Shown here: positions 5,930-14,617 of the stretch, piece after piece
How positions within the stretch are numbered: the stretch's first letter is position 1
Layout: every line of letters starts with the position of its first letter
NCBI GenBank assembly: GCA_965243025.1
Contig: CBDETY010000001.1
Location: forward strand, 1-14,617
Direction: 5' to 3'
DNA: 14,617 nucleotides
Origin: Candidatus Latescibacterota bacterium
Lineage (GTDB): Bacteria; Latescibacterota; UBA2968; UBA8231
Program-made: the position numbers and the translations under genes
Notes under the pieces: model-generated
Databases searched by the model: none
The model's input: only the letters and a program-made list of their open reading frames with translations
Told to the model about the DNA's origin: nothing

Positions 5930-5962
5930 CCGTGCTCAGTGGGCAGGGGGGGGTGAGCACGG
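5930..5962. repeat. 9-bp perfect inverted repeat, possible terminator of the minus-strand operon (also 942-974, 10918-10950)
   Basis: ccgtgctca-N15-tgagcacgg, downstream of the MmeI-C gene. The minus-strand tail is pyrimidine-rich but not a clean U-tract. Confidence 0.4.
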
Positions 5963-6089
5963 CCCCGAGGGAAAGAGAGAGTCCCGTCAGGCTACACAGC
6001 CAAGGCGGCGGATGCAAACCAGCCGGGCCGTGACGCAGGCGAGATGGAGCCTCAGCGCTGCTCGACAATCCACCCCGTACCTAAATCGA

Positions 6090-6665
6090 TCACCTCAACC
6101 CTCTGCGCCGTCTTTTCTTTTTCGCCCCGGCCTCCAGCGGCGCGCGCATCTTCTTGTAGAGCATGAAAAGATGCTCTACACGTTCACGCTCCGAAGCGAA
6201 GCCGCCAGGCCGGTACAGCCGGTCCACCGCCCGGTCGAGGTCGTTATGGGCCTTGCGCAGATCGGGCGGCATCTGGTTGGGGTTGTACAGGTCGGCCAGG
6301 GTCACACCGGTATGGGTGGCACGGGCGTTGAGCACAGCTTGGGCCAGCGATTCCAGTTTTGCCAGCTTCTCACCTTGGGGCGGCAGGGGGAAGGTATTAT
6401 AGACGACGCCAACAGAGTACATGTAATCGCTCTTCATTCGTCCCGTCACGGTACGCATCCACGCCATATGCATGGCAGAGGTAAGAAGCGCGAAATCAGT
6501 GAGGGTGGCCTGCAACTCCTGGGCGTCCTTGTCCAACTCGGCCGCAAATTGGGTCAGCAGCCGGACGATCTCCTCGGGGGGGAGGAGGCGCACCAAGTCC
6601 GCCAGGTACTCCAAGCTCACCTCGCCCTGGTCATCCGCCACGATCTGAATCAGGACCTGCCCCAT
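6090..6665 (-). CDS. MmeI-family C-terminal domain protein (copy B)
   Basis: Same translation as 1102-1677. Confidence 0.88.
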   Translation of the reverse strand: MGQVLIQIVADDQGEVSLEYLADLVRLLPPEEIVRLLTQFAAELDKDAQELQATLTDFALLTSAMHMAWMRTVTGRMKSDYMYSVGVVYNTFPLPPQGEKLAKLESLAQAVLNARATHTGVTLADLYNPNQMPPDLRKAHNDLDRAVDRLYRPGGFASERERVEHLFMLYKKMRAPLEAGAKKKRRRRGLR

Positions 6666-6687
6666 GTCGGCCTCCTCAGCCGCCGTG

Positions 6688-7134
6688 TCACGGTTGGGCC
6701 GGCGCGGTGCGTTCGATCAGGGTCTGCAAAGCGTCGCCTTGTTGGCGTAAAGCGTCGCCTTGTTGGCGAAAGGCGTCGCCCTGCTGCCGTAAGGCTTCCA
6801 TCGTGGCCTCGTGCTGCTCGCGGCTGGCGGTGGCTTGGAGGCGTAAGGCGTCGAGCGTGGCCTCGTGCTGCTCGCGGCTGGCGATGGCTTGGAGGCGTAA
6901 GGCGTCCATCGCTTCGGCGTGGCGTTGCGCCTCCGCCTGGGCCTGGGCGCGGGTTTGCTGCTCGCGGCTCGTATTGCTCCGGTACATCAGCCCCAGCCCG
7001 ACCGTGAGCAGCACGAGTTGCCCCAGCCCGACCCCCAAGGCGACCCACGCCAGCGGGGTCATGCCTGCCGGTGGGACCAGTGCCTGTAAGGCGGCCAGGG
7101 TGGCCGCACCCAGTTCGATAGTTTGACTCTCCAT
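6688..7134 (-). CDS. Hypothetical membrane-anchored coiled-coil protein (copy B)
   Basis: Same translation as 1700-2146. Confidence 0.8.
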   Translation of the reverse strand: MESQTIELGAATLAALQALVPPAGMTPLAWVALGVGLGQLVLLTVGLGLMYRSNTSREQQTRAQAQAEAQRHAEAMDALRLQAIASREQHEATLDALRLQATASREQHEATMEALRQQGDAFRQQGDALRQQGDALQTLIERTAPAQP

Positions 7135-7266
7135 AGGTCGCTCTTTAGCACAAATCCGGCCAGAATCGGGCGAAAATCAAAATTCAAAATTCGGGAGTAG
7201 GCCAGGACCTAATTTTCAATCACTTTTCAGGAGCCGGGAAGGGCACACATCCTGCTTTGGTTCGGT

Positions 7267-8232
7267 TTACACCCCTCGCCGCACGATCTTGGACACGGCC
7301 ATTGCTGACAGACCATAGACACGCGCCGTCGCCCGCATGGACTCGCCCGCTTGCACGGCCGCTACGATTGCCGCGTCTCGGTCGGCCGTGCGTTCCCGCC
7401 GCGCCTGGCCGGATTTCTTGCCCCGTGCCGCCTGGATGAACGAGAACGTCCGCTGCGTCTGCCCGCTCTGCAAGTTCTTGGACTGAATCCGCCGAATGCT
7501 CTTGACGATCCCGCCTAGCTCCCGTTCCCCCAGCGGCAGGACAAATTCCGCGTTCAGGGCCGCCAGGTACGTCGCCAGGCCGGCCCAGTCGCCCCAATGC
7601 GCCGGCCGACCCGTCCACTTCATCCCCGCCCGGAACAGCGCATCGTTCCGCCCATACACCGTCAGCGGCCGCCGAGGCCGACGCCACCCAAACGGGATCG
7701 ACTCGCCCAGCTCGGCTAGGGTGTACGGCTCCTGGCGCAGCCAGTCCGTCCGGTAGCGCCCCTGACTGGCCCACTCCAGGGGGTTGTGAGCCAGTACCGC
7801 AGGGTACGCCAGGTCTGCGTGCAGCGTGGCCGCCAGATATTCCCCAACACGAGCCAGCCACCCCTGCGGTGTCGGCCGCGCTTCCTCACCCCGCAGCACC
7901 GGCCGGGCCAGGGCGTAGACCAGGTGGGCGTGCTGATTCGCCCGCCGCCACGTCGCCCAGTTCGGGACCGGCACCACCCCATCGAAAATCTCCAGCCCCC
8001 AGTCGGGCCGATCTACGTCGAAAATCAGCGCCGGGATGCTGTTGGCTGTCCGCCCGAGTTCCAGTTCGGGATGGGTCCAGGCTTCCGCCGGCGGCATCCG
8101 CCGGGAGCCGAGCCAGATCCCTGCCGCGTTCTTGCCATAGGACGCCAGCGGATAGTGATGAAATTCGCGCAGGCCGTAGCGCCGGACCTGGCGCGGGACA
8201 AAGTCGATACCGGGTAATATGAGCTGCTGCAT
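7267..8232 (-). CDS. rep: ColE2-type replication initiator (copy B)
   Basis: Same translation as 2279-3244. Confidence 0.93.
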   Translation of the reverse strand: MQQLILPGIDFVPRQVRRYGLREFHHYPLASYGKNAAGIWLGSRRMPPAEAWTHPELELGRTANSIPALIFDVDRPDWGLEIFDGVVPVPNWATWRRANQHAHLVYALARPVLRGEEARPTPQGWLARVGEYLAATLHADLAYPAVLAHNPLEWASQGRYRTDWLRQEPYTLAELGESIPFGWRRPRRPLTVYGRNDALFRAGMKWTGRPAHWGDWAGLATYLAALNAEFVLPLGERELGGIVKSIRRIQSKNLQSGQTQRTFSFIQAARGKKSGQARRERTADRDAAIVAAVQAGESMRATARVYGLSAMAVSKIVRRGV

Positions 8233-8669
8233 GGGCCGCCCCTCCCCTCATCGGTCGGGGGATGGGACTTGAGCAGCGGGGGGAGGTAGGGTAGGGTTTC
8301 CTACGCGTGAAGCTGCCCGGTCCCATCCGGGTTGTCTGTTCGAGAAAGCCCCTTGGATTAGAGCCGTGGGGCTTTCGCTCTTTTGTTCCCCGGCATTATG
8401 CCACGTCCCGCCCTTTTCGCCACCAGCGCGCCGGCGTAAACCCCTGTTGTTTGGTGAGGGTCTAGGTAAGGGCCGAGCCGATTACGGCCGTCTGCGGCCC
8501 TGTATGGCGGTCGGATTCCGCCGGCGCGGCCGATCTGCCCCGCTGTGGCCCGAAAACGGCCCGTAGCGACGCAAACGGCCACAGACGGCCTTGGGACGGC
8601 TTTGGGGGCCTGGGCGAGCCACAGGGGCCGCCCACGGCCTCCGCAGCGGGCTGTCCGGGCGGGAGAATA

Positions 8670-9209
8670 CTAGCACGGCGGCCCGCCGGCGAGCGGGGCG
8701 AGAGCGGGGTCGGGCGCGGCTCGCTTGCGCGGCCGACCACGCCGGCGGGCGGGGGGACGGGCTGGCAGGAAATCTGCATCCTCCAAGTCGAAGGGCGAGG
8801 ACAGGCCCGCTTCTTCGCATAAGGGCACAATGGCCCGGTGGCACGCCGCCCGCACAGCGGTCTGGTACGTGGCCTGCACGACCTCGAACTGTGCTCGGGC
8901 GGCGTCGATGACCTGGCGCAGATCAGCCGGCGCGACTTGCTCCCCCCGGTGGATCGACCGCACGAGCATGTTGAGATTGCGCCCGATCGCGTTCATCTCC
9001 CGGCTCAGCCGGCGCAGCTCGATCTTGTCGTCATCGAAGAAATCCGGCCCGCCTGTGACGGCTTCCCGGATCAGCCGCCGGATCAGCCGGCTGGGCGGCT
9101 CCTGTACCTGGTCCGCAATCCGCCGCAGCGCCGCCGCTTCTTGCTCTCGGAGCCGTACCCCGTAGACAATCGACCGCGCTGCACGTGGTTCAAGCTTGGG
9201 TCGTGCCAT
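8670..9209 (-). CDS. mobC: NikA/MobC-like protein (copy B)
   Basis: Same as 3682-4221. Confidence 0.85.
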   Translation of the reverse strand: MARPKLEPRAARSIVYGVRLREQEAAALRRIADQVQEPPSRLIRRLIREAVTGGPDFFDDDKIELRRLSREMNAIGRNLNMLVRSIHRGEQVAPADLRQVIDAARAQFEVVQATYQTAVRAACHRAIVPLCEEAGLSSPFDLEDADFLPARPPARRRGRPRKRAAPDPALAPLAGGPPC

Positions 9210-9332
9210 CCGTTGACCTCCTCGAAACGGCCAGCCTGGGCCGAGCCTCGCTGGCGCCCGCCTGCCCCGGCTCTCACCCTCGGTAGTGCGAGCTGAAGGA
9301 CTTGCCGGCCCTGGCCGGGCGGCGAAGCCGGA

Positions 9333-9368
9333 GCAATCGTTTTTGTACAACAGATTGCATATCCTGCC
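9333..9368 (+). other. oriT (copy B)
   Basis: Same sequence as 4345-4380. Confidence 0.8.
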
Positions 9369-9753
9369 TCACAATAATTCCCCACACTGAACCACTCTCC
9401 GAACTACTCCGCCGCGAACCAGCCAGCAAAAGACGCGGCAAGGACACCAGCCCCGAAGTATAGCCCACAATTGGCCCAAAAGCAGGGCACAAGAGGGGCG
9501 ACCGAGGGTGGAAGCAGCCAACCGAGGACGGAAGCGGTCAAGGTCTGGACTGGCCGACCCGTACCGACAGAATCAGACCCACACCGACAGCGGCCAGTCC
9601 ACACCGACAGAGCCGGGCAGCTCACGGCTGGAAAGGTTTGTCAAAGTTGGTGTAAAGATAAGGAAAATCAGGAGCTTGCCTGGTTTTGGTCCAGACGGTG
9701 AACCGAACATTGATCCGGGCGTTGGTCCGGGTGTTGAACCAGGAGGGGCCGGA

Positions 9754-10515
9754 ATGAATCGCAAACAAGCCGAGCACGATAGGACCGTCCTCCCCCGGAT
9801 TCAAGCGCTGCTGGCCCAGGGCCGGAGTCGGCGGGAGATCGCCGAGCAGCTGCAACACGACGGCGTCCCCACGGCGCGGCGGGGCGGGAAATGGACACAC
9901 ATTGCGGTCGGGCGCATCTTGGCCCGCGCGGAGCGGACGCAGCCCGAGGAGGCCAGCCCGATGGCCGCCCAGGCTGACCCACCCCCAGCGCCAGCGGAGC
10001 CGCCGGCCAGCCCAGCGCCAGCGGAGCCGCCGGCCAGCCCAGCGCCAGCGCGCCAGAAGAGTGAGGCCCAGACCCAGGTCCAGCACGAGGCCGCGCTACA
10101 ACAGCTGAGCACGAGCTATCAGGGGGCGATGAAACGCGAGCTGGGGAGCATTGCGAGCGTGACGGCGCAGGAGGCCAAGGTCGTACGGAAAGTCGTCGTC
10201 CGGCTGTGGTTCTGGTTCGCGGTCGGCGGGGTGCTGCTGATCGGGAGCTTGACCCTGGGCACCTGGGGACTCGCTGCGGGGCTGACGGCCAGCATCGACA
10301 GCAAGCTGAAAGAGCGGGCCACGCTCACGCGGGAGATTGCGCAGCAGCAAGCGACGCTGCGCGAGCTGGAGAAAGAAACCTGGGGCGTGGGCTTTCATGA
10401 CACGACGGGCGGCAAGTACATCACGTGGCCGGGCCACTACCGGCCGCCGTTCAAGGGCAAGGAGTCGGATCCGGTGTATGCGGGCAAATGGGTGGCGAAA
10501 CTCGCCGAGGAGTGA
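9754..10515 (+). CDS. HTH-MbeB-like fusion protein (second intact copy)
   Basis: Same as 4766-5527. Confidence 0.82.
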   Translation: MNRKQAEHDRTVLPRIQALLAQGRSRREIAEQLQHDGVPTARRGGKWTHIAVGRILARAERTQPEEASPMAAQADPPPAPAEPPASPAPAEPPASPAPARQKSEAQTQVQHEAALQQLSTSYQGAMKRELGSIASVTAQEAKVVRKVVVRLWFWFAVGGVLLIGSLTLGTWGLAAGLTASIDSKLKERATLTREIAQQQATLRELEKETWGVGFHDTTGGKYITWPGHYRPPFKGKESDPVYAGKWVAKLAEE

Positions 10516-10871
10516 GGGCCTGGCCCTTCCCGCCTTTCCCCTTGTCAACCGGGGGCGAAGGGGTCAGCCGGCGGCCAGAGTCTGACCGGACGCCCCTCGG
10601 CCGGGGAGTGCCGGAGGACAGCCAGGGCCTTGACTGGCTCCCGCACGGCACGGACGGCCGCTGCCTGCCAGGCTCCCGCTGCCTGCAACCCCGCCGCCCG
10701 CTTGTCCGCGCCGGGCCTTGGCGGCGCGTCCGAGCGGCCGCCCTCCGGTCCAAACTGAACAATCTTCGGCTGTTTGGCCGTTTGACCCGCGATTTGTTCA
10801 GCCGCGCTGGGTGAGCCTCGGCCCGTAAGTCCCTGATTTTCCTGAACTCGGCCTCGGCCGCTGCGTCCGCA

Positions 10872-10899
10872 GTGTCTGATAACGCGCAATGTGTCAACT
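10872..10899 (+). other. dif-like site (copy C)
   Basis: Same as 5884-5911; absent from copy A. Confidence 0.6.
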
Positions 10900-11077
10900 T
10901 TGAGAAAGAGGGTAGGACCGTGCTCAGTGGGCAGGGGGGGGTGAGCACGGCCCCGAGGGAAAGAGAGAGTCCCGTCAGGCTACACAGCCAAGGCGGCGGA
11001 TGCAAACCAGCCGGGCCGTGACGCAGGCGAGATGGAGCCTCAGCGCTGCTCGACAATCCACCCCGTACCTAAATCGA

Positions 11078-11653
11078 TCACCTCAACCCTCTGCGCCGTC
11101 TTTTCTTTTTCGCCCCGGCCTCCAGCGGCGCGCGCATCTTCTTGTAGAGCATGAAAAGATGCTCTACACGTTCACGCTCCGAAGCGAAGCCGCCAGGCCG
11201 GTACAGCCGGTCCACCGCCCGGTCGAGGTCGTTATGGGCCTTGCGCAGATCGGGCGGCATCTGGTTGGGGTTGTACAGGTCGGCCAGGGTCACACCGGTA
11301 TGGGTGGCACGGGCGTTGAGCACAGCTTGGGCCAGCGATTCCAGTTTTGCCAGCTTCTCACCTTGGGGCGGCAGGGGGAAGGTATTATAGACGACGCCAA
11401 CAGAGTACATGTAATCGCTCTTCATTCGTCCCGTCACGGTACGCATCCACGCCATATGCATGGCAGAGGTAAGAAGCGCGAAATCAGTGAGGGTGGCCTG
11501 CAACTCCTGGGCGTCCTTGTCCAACTCGGCCGCAAATTGGGTCAGCAGCCGGACGATCTCCTCGGGGGGGAGGAGGCGCACCAAGTCCGCCAGGTACTCC
11601 AAGCTCACCTCGCCCTGGTCATCCGCCACGATCTGAATCAGGACCTGCCCCAT
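11078..11653 (-). CDS. MmeI-family C-terminal domain protein (copy C)
   Basis: Same translation as 1102-1677. Confidence 0.88.
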   Translation of the reverse strand: MGQVLIQIVADDQGEVSLEYLADLVRLLPPEEIVRLLTQFAAELDKDAQELQATLTDFALLTSAMHMAWMRTVTGRMKSDYMYSVGVVYNTFPLPPQGEKLAKLESLAQAVLNARATHTGVTLADLYNPNQMPPDLRKAHNDLDRAVDRLYRPGGFASERERVEHLFMLYKKMRAPLEAGAKKKRRRRGLR

Positions 11654-11675
11654 GTCGGCCTCCTCAGCCGCCGTG

Positions 11676-12122
11676 TCACGGTTGGGCCGGCGCGGTGCGT
11701 TCGATCAGGGTCTGCAAAGCGTCGCCTTGTTGGCGTAAAGCGTCGCCTTGTTGGCGAAAGGCGTCGCCCTGCTGCCGTAAGGCTTCCATCGTGGCCTCGT
11801 GCTGCTCGCGGCTGGCGGTGGCTTGGAGGCGTAAGGCGTCGAGCGTGGCCTCGTGCTGCTCGCGGCTGGCGATGGCTTGGAGGCGTAAGGCGTCCATCGC
11901 TTCGGCGTGGCGTTGCGCCTCCGCCTGGGCCTGGGCGCGGGTTTGCTGCTCGCGGCTCGTATTGCTCCGGTACATCAGCCCCAGCCCGACCGTGAGCAGC
12001 ACGAGTTGCCCCAGCCCGACCCCCAAGGCGACCCACGCCAGCGGGGTCATGCCTGCCGGTGGGACCAGTGCCTGTAAGGCGGCCAGGGTGGCCGCACCCA
12101 GTTCGATAGTTTGACTCTCCAT
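11676..12122 (-). CDS. Hypothetical membrane-anchored coiled-coil protein (copy C)
   Basis: Same translation as 1700-2146. Confidence 0.8.
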   Translation of the reverse strand: MESQTIELGAATLAALQALVPPAGMTPLAWVALGVGLGQLVLLTVGLGLMYRSNTSREQQTRAQAQAEAQRHAEAMDALRLQAIASREQHEATLDALRLQATASREQHEATMEALRQQGDAFRQQGDALRQQGDALQTLIERTAPAQP

Positions 12123-12254
12123 AGGTCGCTCTTTAGCACAAATCCGGCCAGAATCGGGCGAAAATCAAAATTCAAAATTCGGGAGTAGGCCAGGACCTAA
12201 TTTTCAATCACTTTTCAGGAGCCGGGAAGGGCACACATCCTGCTTTGGTTCGGT

Positions 12255-13220
12255 TTACACCCCTCGCCGCACGATCTTGGACACGGCCATTGCTGACAGA
12301 CCATAGACACGCGCCGTCGCCCGCATGGACTCGCCCGCTTGCACGGCCGCTACGATTGCCGCGTCTCGGTCGGCCGTGCGTTCCCGCCGCGCCTGGCCGG
12401 ATTTCTTGCCCCGTGCCGCCTGGATGAACGAGAACGTCCGCTGCGTCTGCCCGCTCTGCAAGTTCTTGGACTGAATCCGCCGAATGCTCTTGACGATCCC
12501 GCCTAGCTCCCGTTCCCCCAGCGGCAGGACAAATTCCGCGTTCAGGGCCGCCAGGTACGTCGCCAGGCCGGCCCAGTCGCCCCAATGCGCCGGCCGACCC
12601 GTCCACTTCATCCCCGCCCGGAACAGCGCATCGTTCCGCCCATACACCGTCAGCGGCCGCCGAGGCCGACGCCACCCAAACGGGATCGACTCGCCCAGCT
12701 CGGCTAGGGTGTACGGCTCCTGGCGCAGCCAGTCCGTCCGGTAGCGCCCCTGACTGGCCCACTCCAGGGGGTTGTGAGCCAGTACCGCAGGGTACGCCAG
12801 GTCTGCGTGCAGCGTGGCCGCCAGATATTCCCCAACACGAGCCAGCCACCCCTGCGGTGTCGGCCGCGCTTCCTCACCCCGCAGCACCGGCCGGGCCAGG
12901 GCGTAGACCAGGTGGGCGTGCTGATTCGCCCGCCGCCACGTCGCCCAGTTCGGGACCGGCACCACCCCATCGAAAATCTCCAGCCCCCAGTCGGGCCGAT
13001 CTACGTCGAAAATCAGCGCCGGGATGCTGTTGGCTGTCCGCCCGAGTTCCAGTTCGGGATGGGTCCAGGCTTCCGCCGGCGGCATCCGCCGGGAGCCGAG
13101 CCAGATCCCTGCCGCGTTCTTGCCATAGGACGCCAGCGGATAGTGATGAAATTCGCGCAGGCCGTAGCGCCGGACCTGGCGCGGGACAAAGTCGATACCG
13201 GGTAATATGAGCTGCTGCAT
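12255..13220 (-). CDS. rep: ColE2-type replication initiator (copy C)
   Basis: Same translation as 2279-3244. Confidence 0.93.
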   Translation of the reverse strand: MQQLILPGIDFVPRQVRRYGLREFHHYPLASYGKNAAGIWLGSRRMPPAEAWTHPELELGRTANSIPALIFDVDRPDWGLEIFDGVVPVPNWATWRRANQHAHLVYALARPVLRGEEARPTPQGWLARVGEYLAATLHADLAYPAVLAHNPLEWASQGRYRTDWLRQEPYTLAELGESIPFGWRRPRRPLTVYGRNDALFRAGMKWTGRPAHWGDWAGLATYLAALNAEFVLPLGERELGGIVKSIRRIQSKNLQSGQTQRTFSFIQAARGKKSGQARRERTADRDAAIVAAVQAGESMRATARVYGLSAMAVSKIVRRGV

Positions 13221-13657
13221 GGGCCGCCCCTCCCCTCATCGGTCGGGGGATGGGACTTGAGCAGCGGGGGGAGGTAGGGTAGGGTTTCCTACGCGTGAAG
13301 CTGCCCGGTCCCATCCGGGTTGTCTGTTCGAGAAAGCCCCTTGGATTAGAGCCGTGGGGCTTTCGCTCTTTTGTTCCCCGGCATTATGCCACGTCCCGCC
13401 CTTTTCGCCACCAGCGCGCCGGCGTAAACCCCTGTTGTTTGGTGAGGGTCTAGGTAAGGGCCGAGCCGATTACGGCCGTCTGCGGCCCTGTATGGCGGTC
13501 GGATTCCGCCGGCGCGGCCGATCTGCCCCGCTGTGGCCCGAAAACGGCCCGTAGCGACGCAAACGGCCACAGACGGCCTTGGGACGGCTTTGGGGGCCTG
13601 GGCGAGCCACAGGGGCCGCCCACGGCCTCCGCAGCGGGCTGTCCGGGCGGGAGAATA

Positions 13658-14197
13658 CTAGCACGGCGGCCCGCCGGCGAGCGGGGCGAGAGCGGGGTCG
13701 GGCGCGGCTCGCTTGCGCGGCCGACCACGCCGGCGGGCGGGGGGACGGGCTGGCAGGAAATCTGCATCCTCCAAGTCGAAGGGCGAGGACAGGCCCGCTT
13801 CTTCGCATAAGGGCACAATGGCCCGGTGGCACGCCGCCCGCACAGCGGTCTGGTACGTGGCCTGCACGACCTCGAACTGTGCTCGGGCGGCGTCGATGAC
13901 CTGGCGCAGATCAGCCGGCGCGACTTGCTCCCCCCGGTGGATCGACCGCACGAGCATGTTGAGATTGCGCCCGATCGCGTTCATCTCCCGGCTCAGCCGG
14001 CGCAGCTCGATCTTGTCGTCATCGAAGAAATCCGGCCCGCCTGTGACGGCTTCCCGGATCAGCCGCCGGATCAGCCGGCTGGGCGGCTCCTGTACCTGGT
14101 CCGCAATCCGCCGCAGCGCCGCCGCTTCTTGCTCTCGGAGCCGTACCCCGTAGACAATCGACCGCGCTGCACGTGGTTCAAGCTTGGGTCGTGCCAT
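13658..14197 (-). CDS. mobC: NikA/MobC-like protein (copy C)
   Basis: Same as 3682-4221. Confidence 0.85.
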   Translation of the reverse strand: MARPKLEPRAARSIVYGVRLREQEAAALRRIADQVQEPPSRLIRRLIREAVTGGPDFFDDDKIELRRLSREMNAIGRNLNMLVRSIHRGEQVAPADLRQVIDAARAQFEVVQATYQTAVRAACHRAIVPLCEEAGLSSPFDLEDADFLPARPPARRRGRPRKRAAPDPALAPLAGGPPC

Positions 14198-14320
14198 CCG
14201 TTGACCTCCTCGAAACGGCCAGCCTGGGCCGAGCCTCGCTGGCGCCCGCCTGCCCCGGCTCTCACCCTCGGTAGTGCGAGCTGAAGGACTTGCCGGCCCT
14301 GGCCGGGCGGCGAAGCCGGA

Positions 14321-14356
14321 GCAATCGTTTTTGTACAACAGATTGCATATCCTGCC
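14321..14356 (+). other. oriT (copy C)
   Basis: Same sequence as 4345-4380. Confidence 0.8.
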
Positions 14357-14617
14357 TCACAATAATTCCCCACACTGAACCACTCTCCGAACTACTCCGC
14401 CGCGAACCAGCCAGCAAAAGACGCGGCAAGGACACCAGCCCCGAAGTATAGCCCACAATTGGCCCAAAAGCAGGGCACAAGAGGGGCGACCGAGGGTGGA
14501 AGCAGCCAACCGAGGACGGAAGCGGTCAAGGTCTGGACTGGCCGACCCGTACCGACAGAATCAGACCCACACCGACAGCGGCCAGTCCACACCGACAGAG
14601 CCGGGCAGCTCACGGCT

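Larger units (their letters stand above)
4879..9866. mobile_element. One complete monomer of a small ColE2-type, probably mobilisable cryptic plasmid (4,988 bp)
   Basis: The unit contains a Rep, a MobC-like gene, an oriT-like site, an MbeB-like gene and a dif-like site. It has no chromosomal housekeeping genes and is circularly permuted in the repeat. Confidence 0.9.
1..14617. repeat. Tandem head-to-tail repeat of a 4,988-bp unit (~2.9 copies: 1-4878, 4879-9866, 9867-14617)
   Basis: Identical ORF translations recur at +4988 and +9976 (e.g. 1102/6090/11078; 2279/7267/12255). The window start ccccacggcg recurs at 4879 and 9867. Copy A is 110 bp shorter (two deletions, one insertion). Confidence 0.98.

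Noticed and set aside
5925-5937. taggaccgtgctc resembling taggaccgtcctc at ~4792
   Set aside because: A single 12/13 match, one copy inside a CDS; compatible with chance.

Overview
The window is about 2.9 head-to-tail copies of a 4,988-bp GC-rich unit (A 1-4878, B 4879-9866, C 9867-14617, incomplete). The unit looks like a small cryptic plasmid, so the repetition is probably a multimer or an over-circularised assembly. Each unit carries five plausible genes: a ColE2-type primase-replicase Rep; a NikA/MobC-like ribbon-helix-helix protein; a fusion of a serine-recombinase-type DNA-binding domain to an MbeB-like membrane mobilisation protein; a membrane-anchored heptad-repeat protein; and an orphan C-terminal fragment of an MmeI-family (type IIL) restriction-modification enzyme with a foreign N-terminus. 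Non-coding elements are an R64/RP4-like (MOBP) oriT, a candidate antisense copy-control RNA in the rep leader, a candidate ColE2-like origin after rep, a dif-like Xer site and two phased repeat arrays. No relaxase is encoded. The most interesting system is the relaxase-less mobilisation module (mobC <- oriT/repeats -> HTH-MbeB fusion). Copy A has two deletions (76 and 35 bp) and a 1-bp insertion, and the 35-bp deletion removes the whole dif-like site. All family assignments come from motif recognition by eye; no searches were run.
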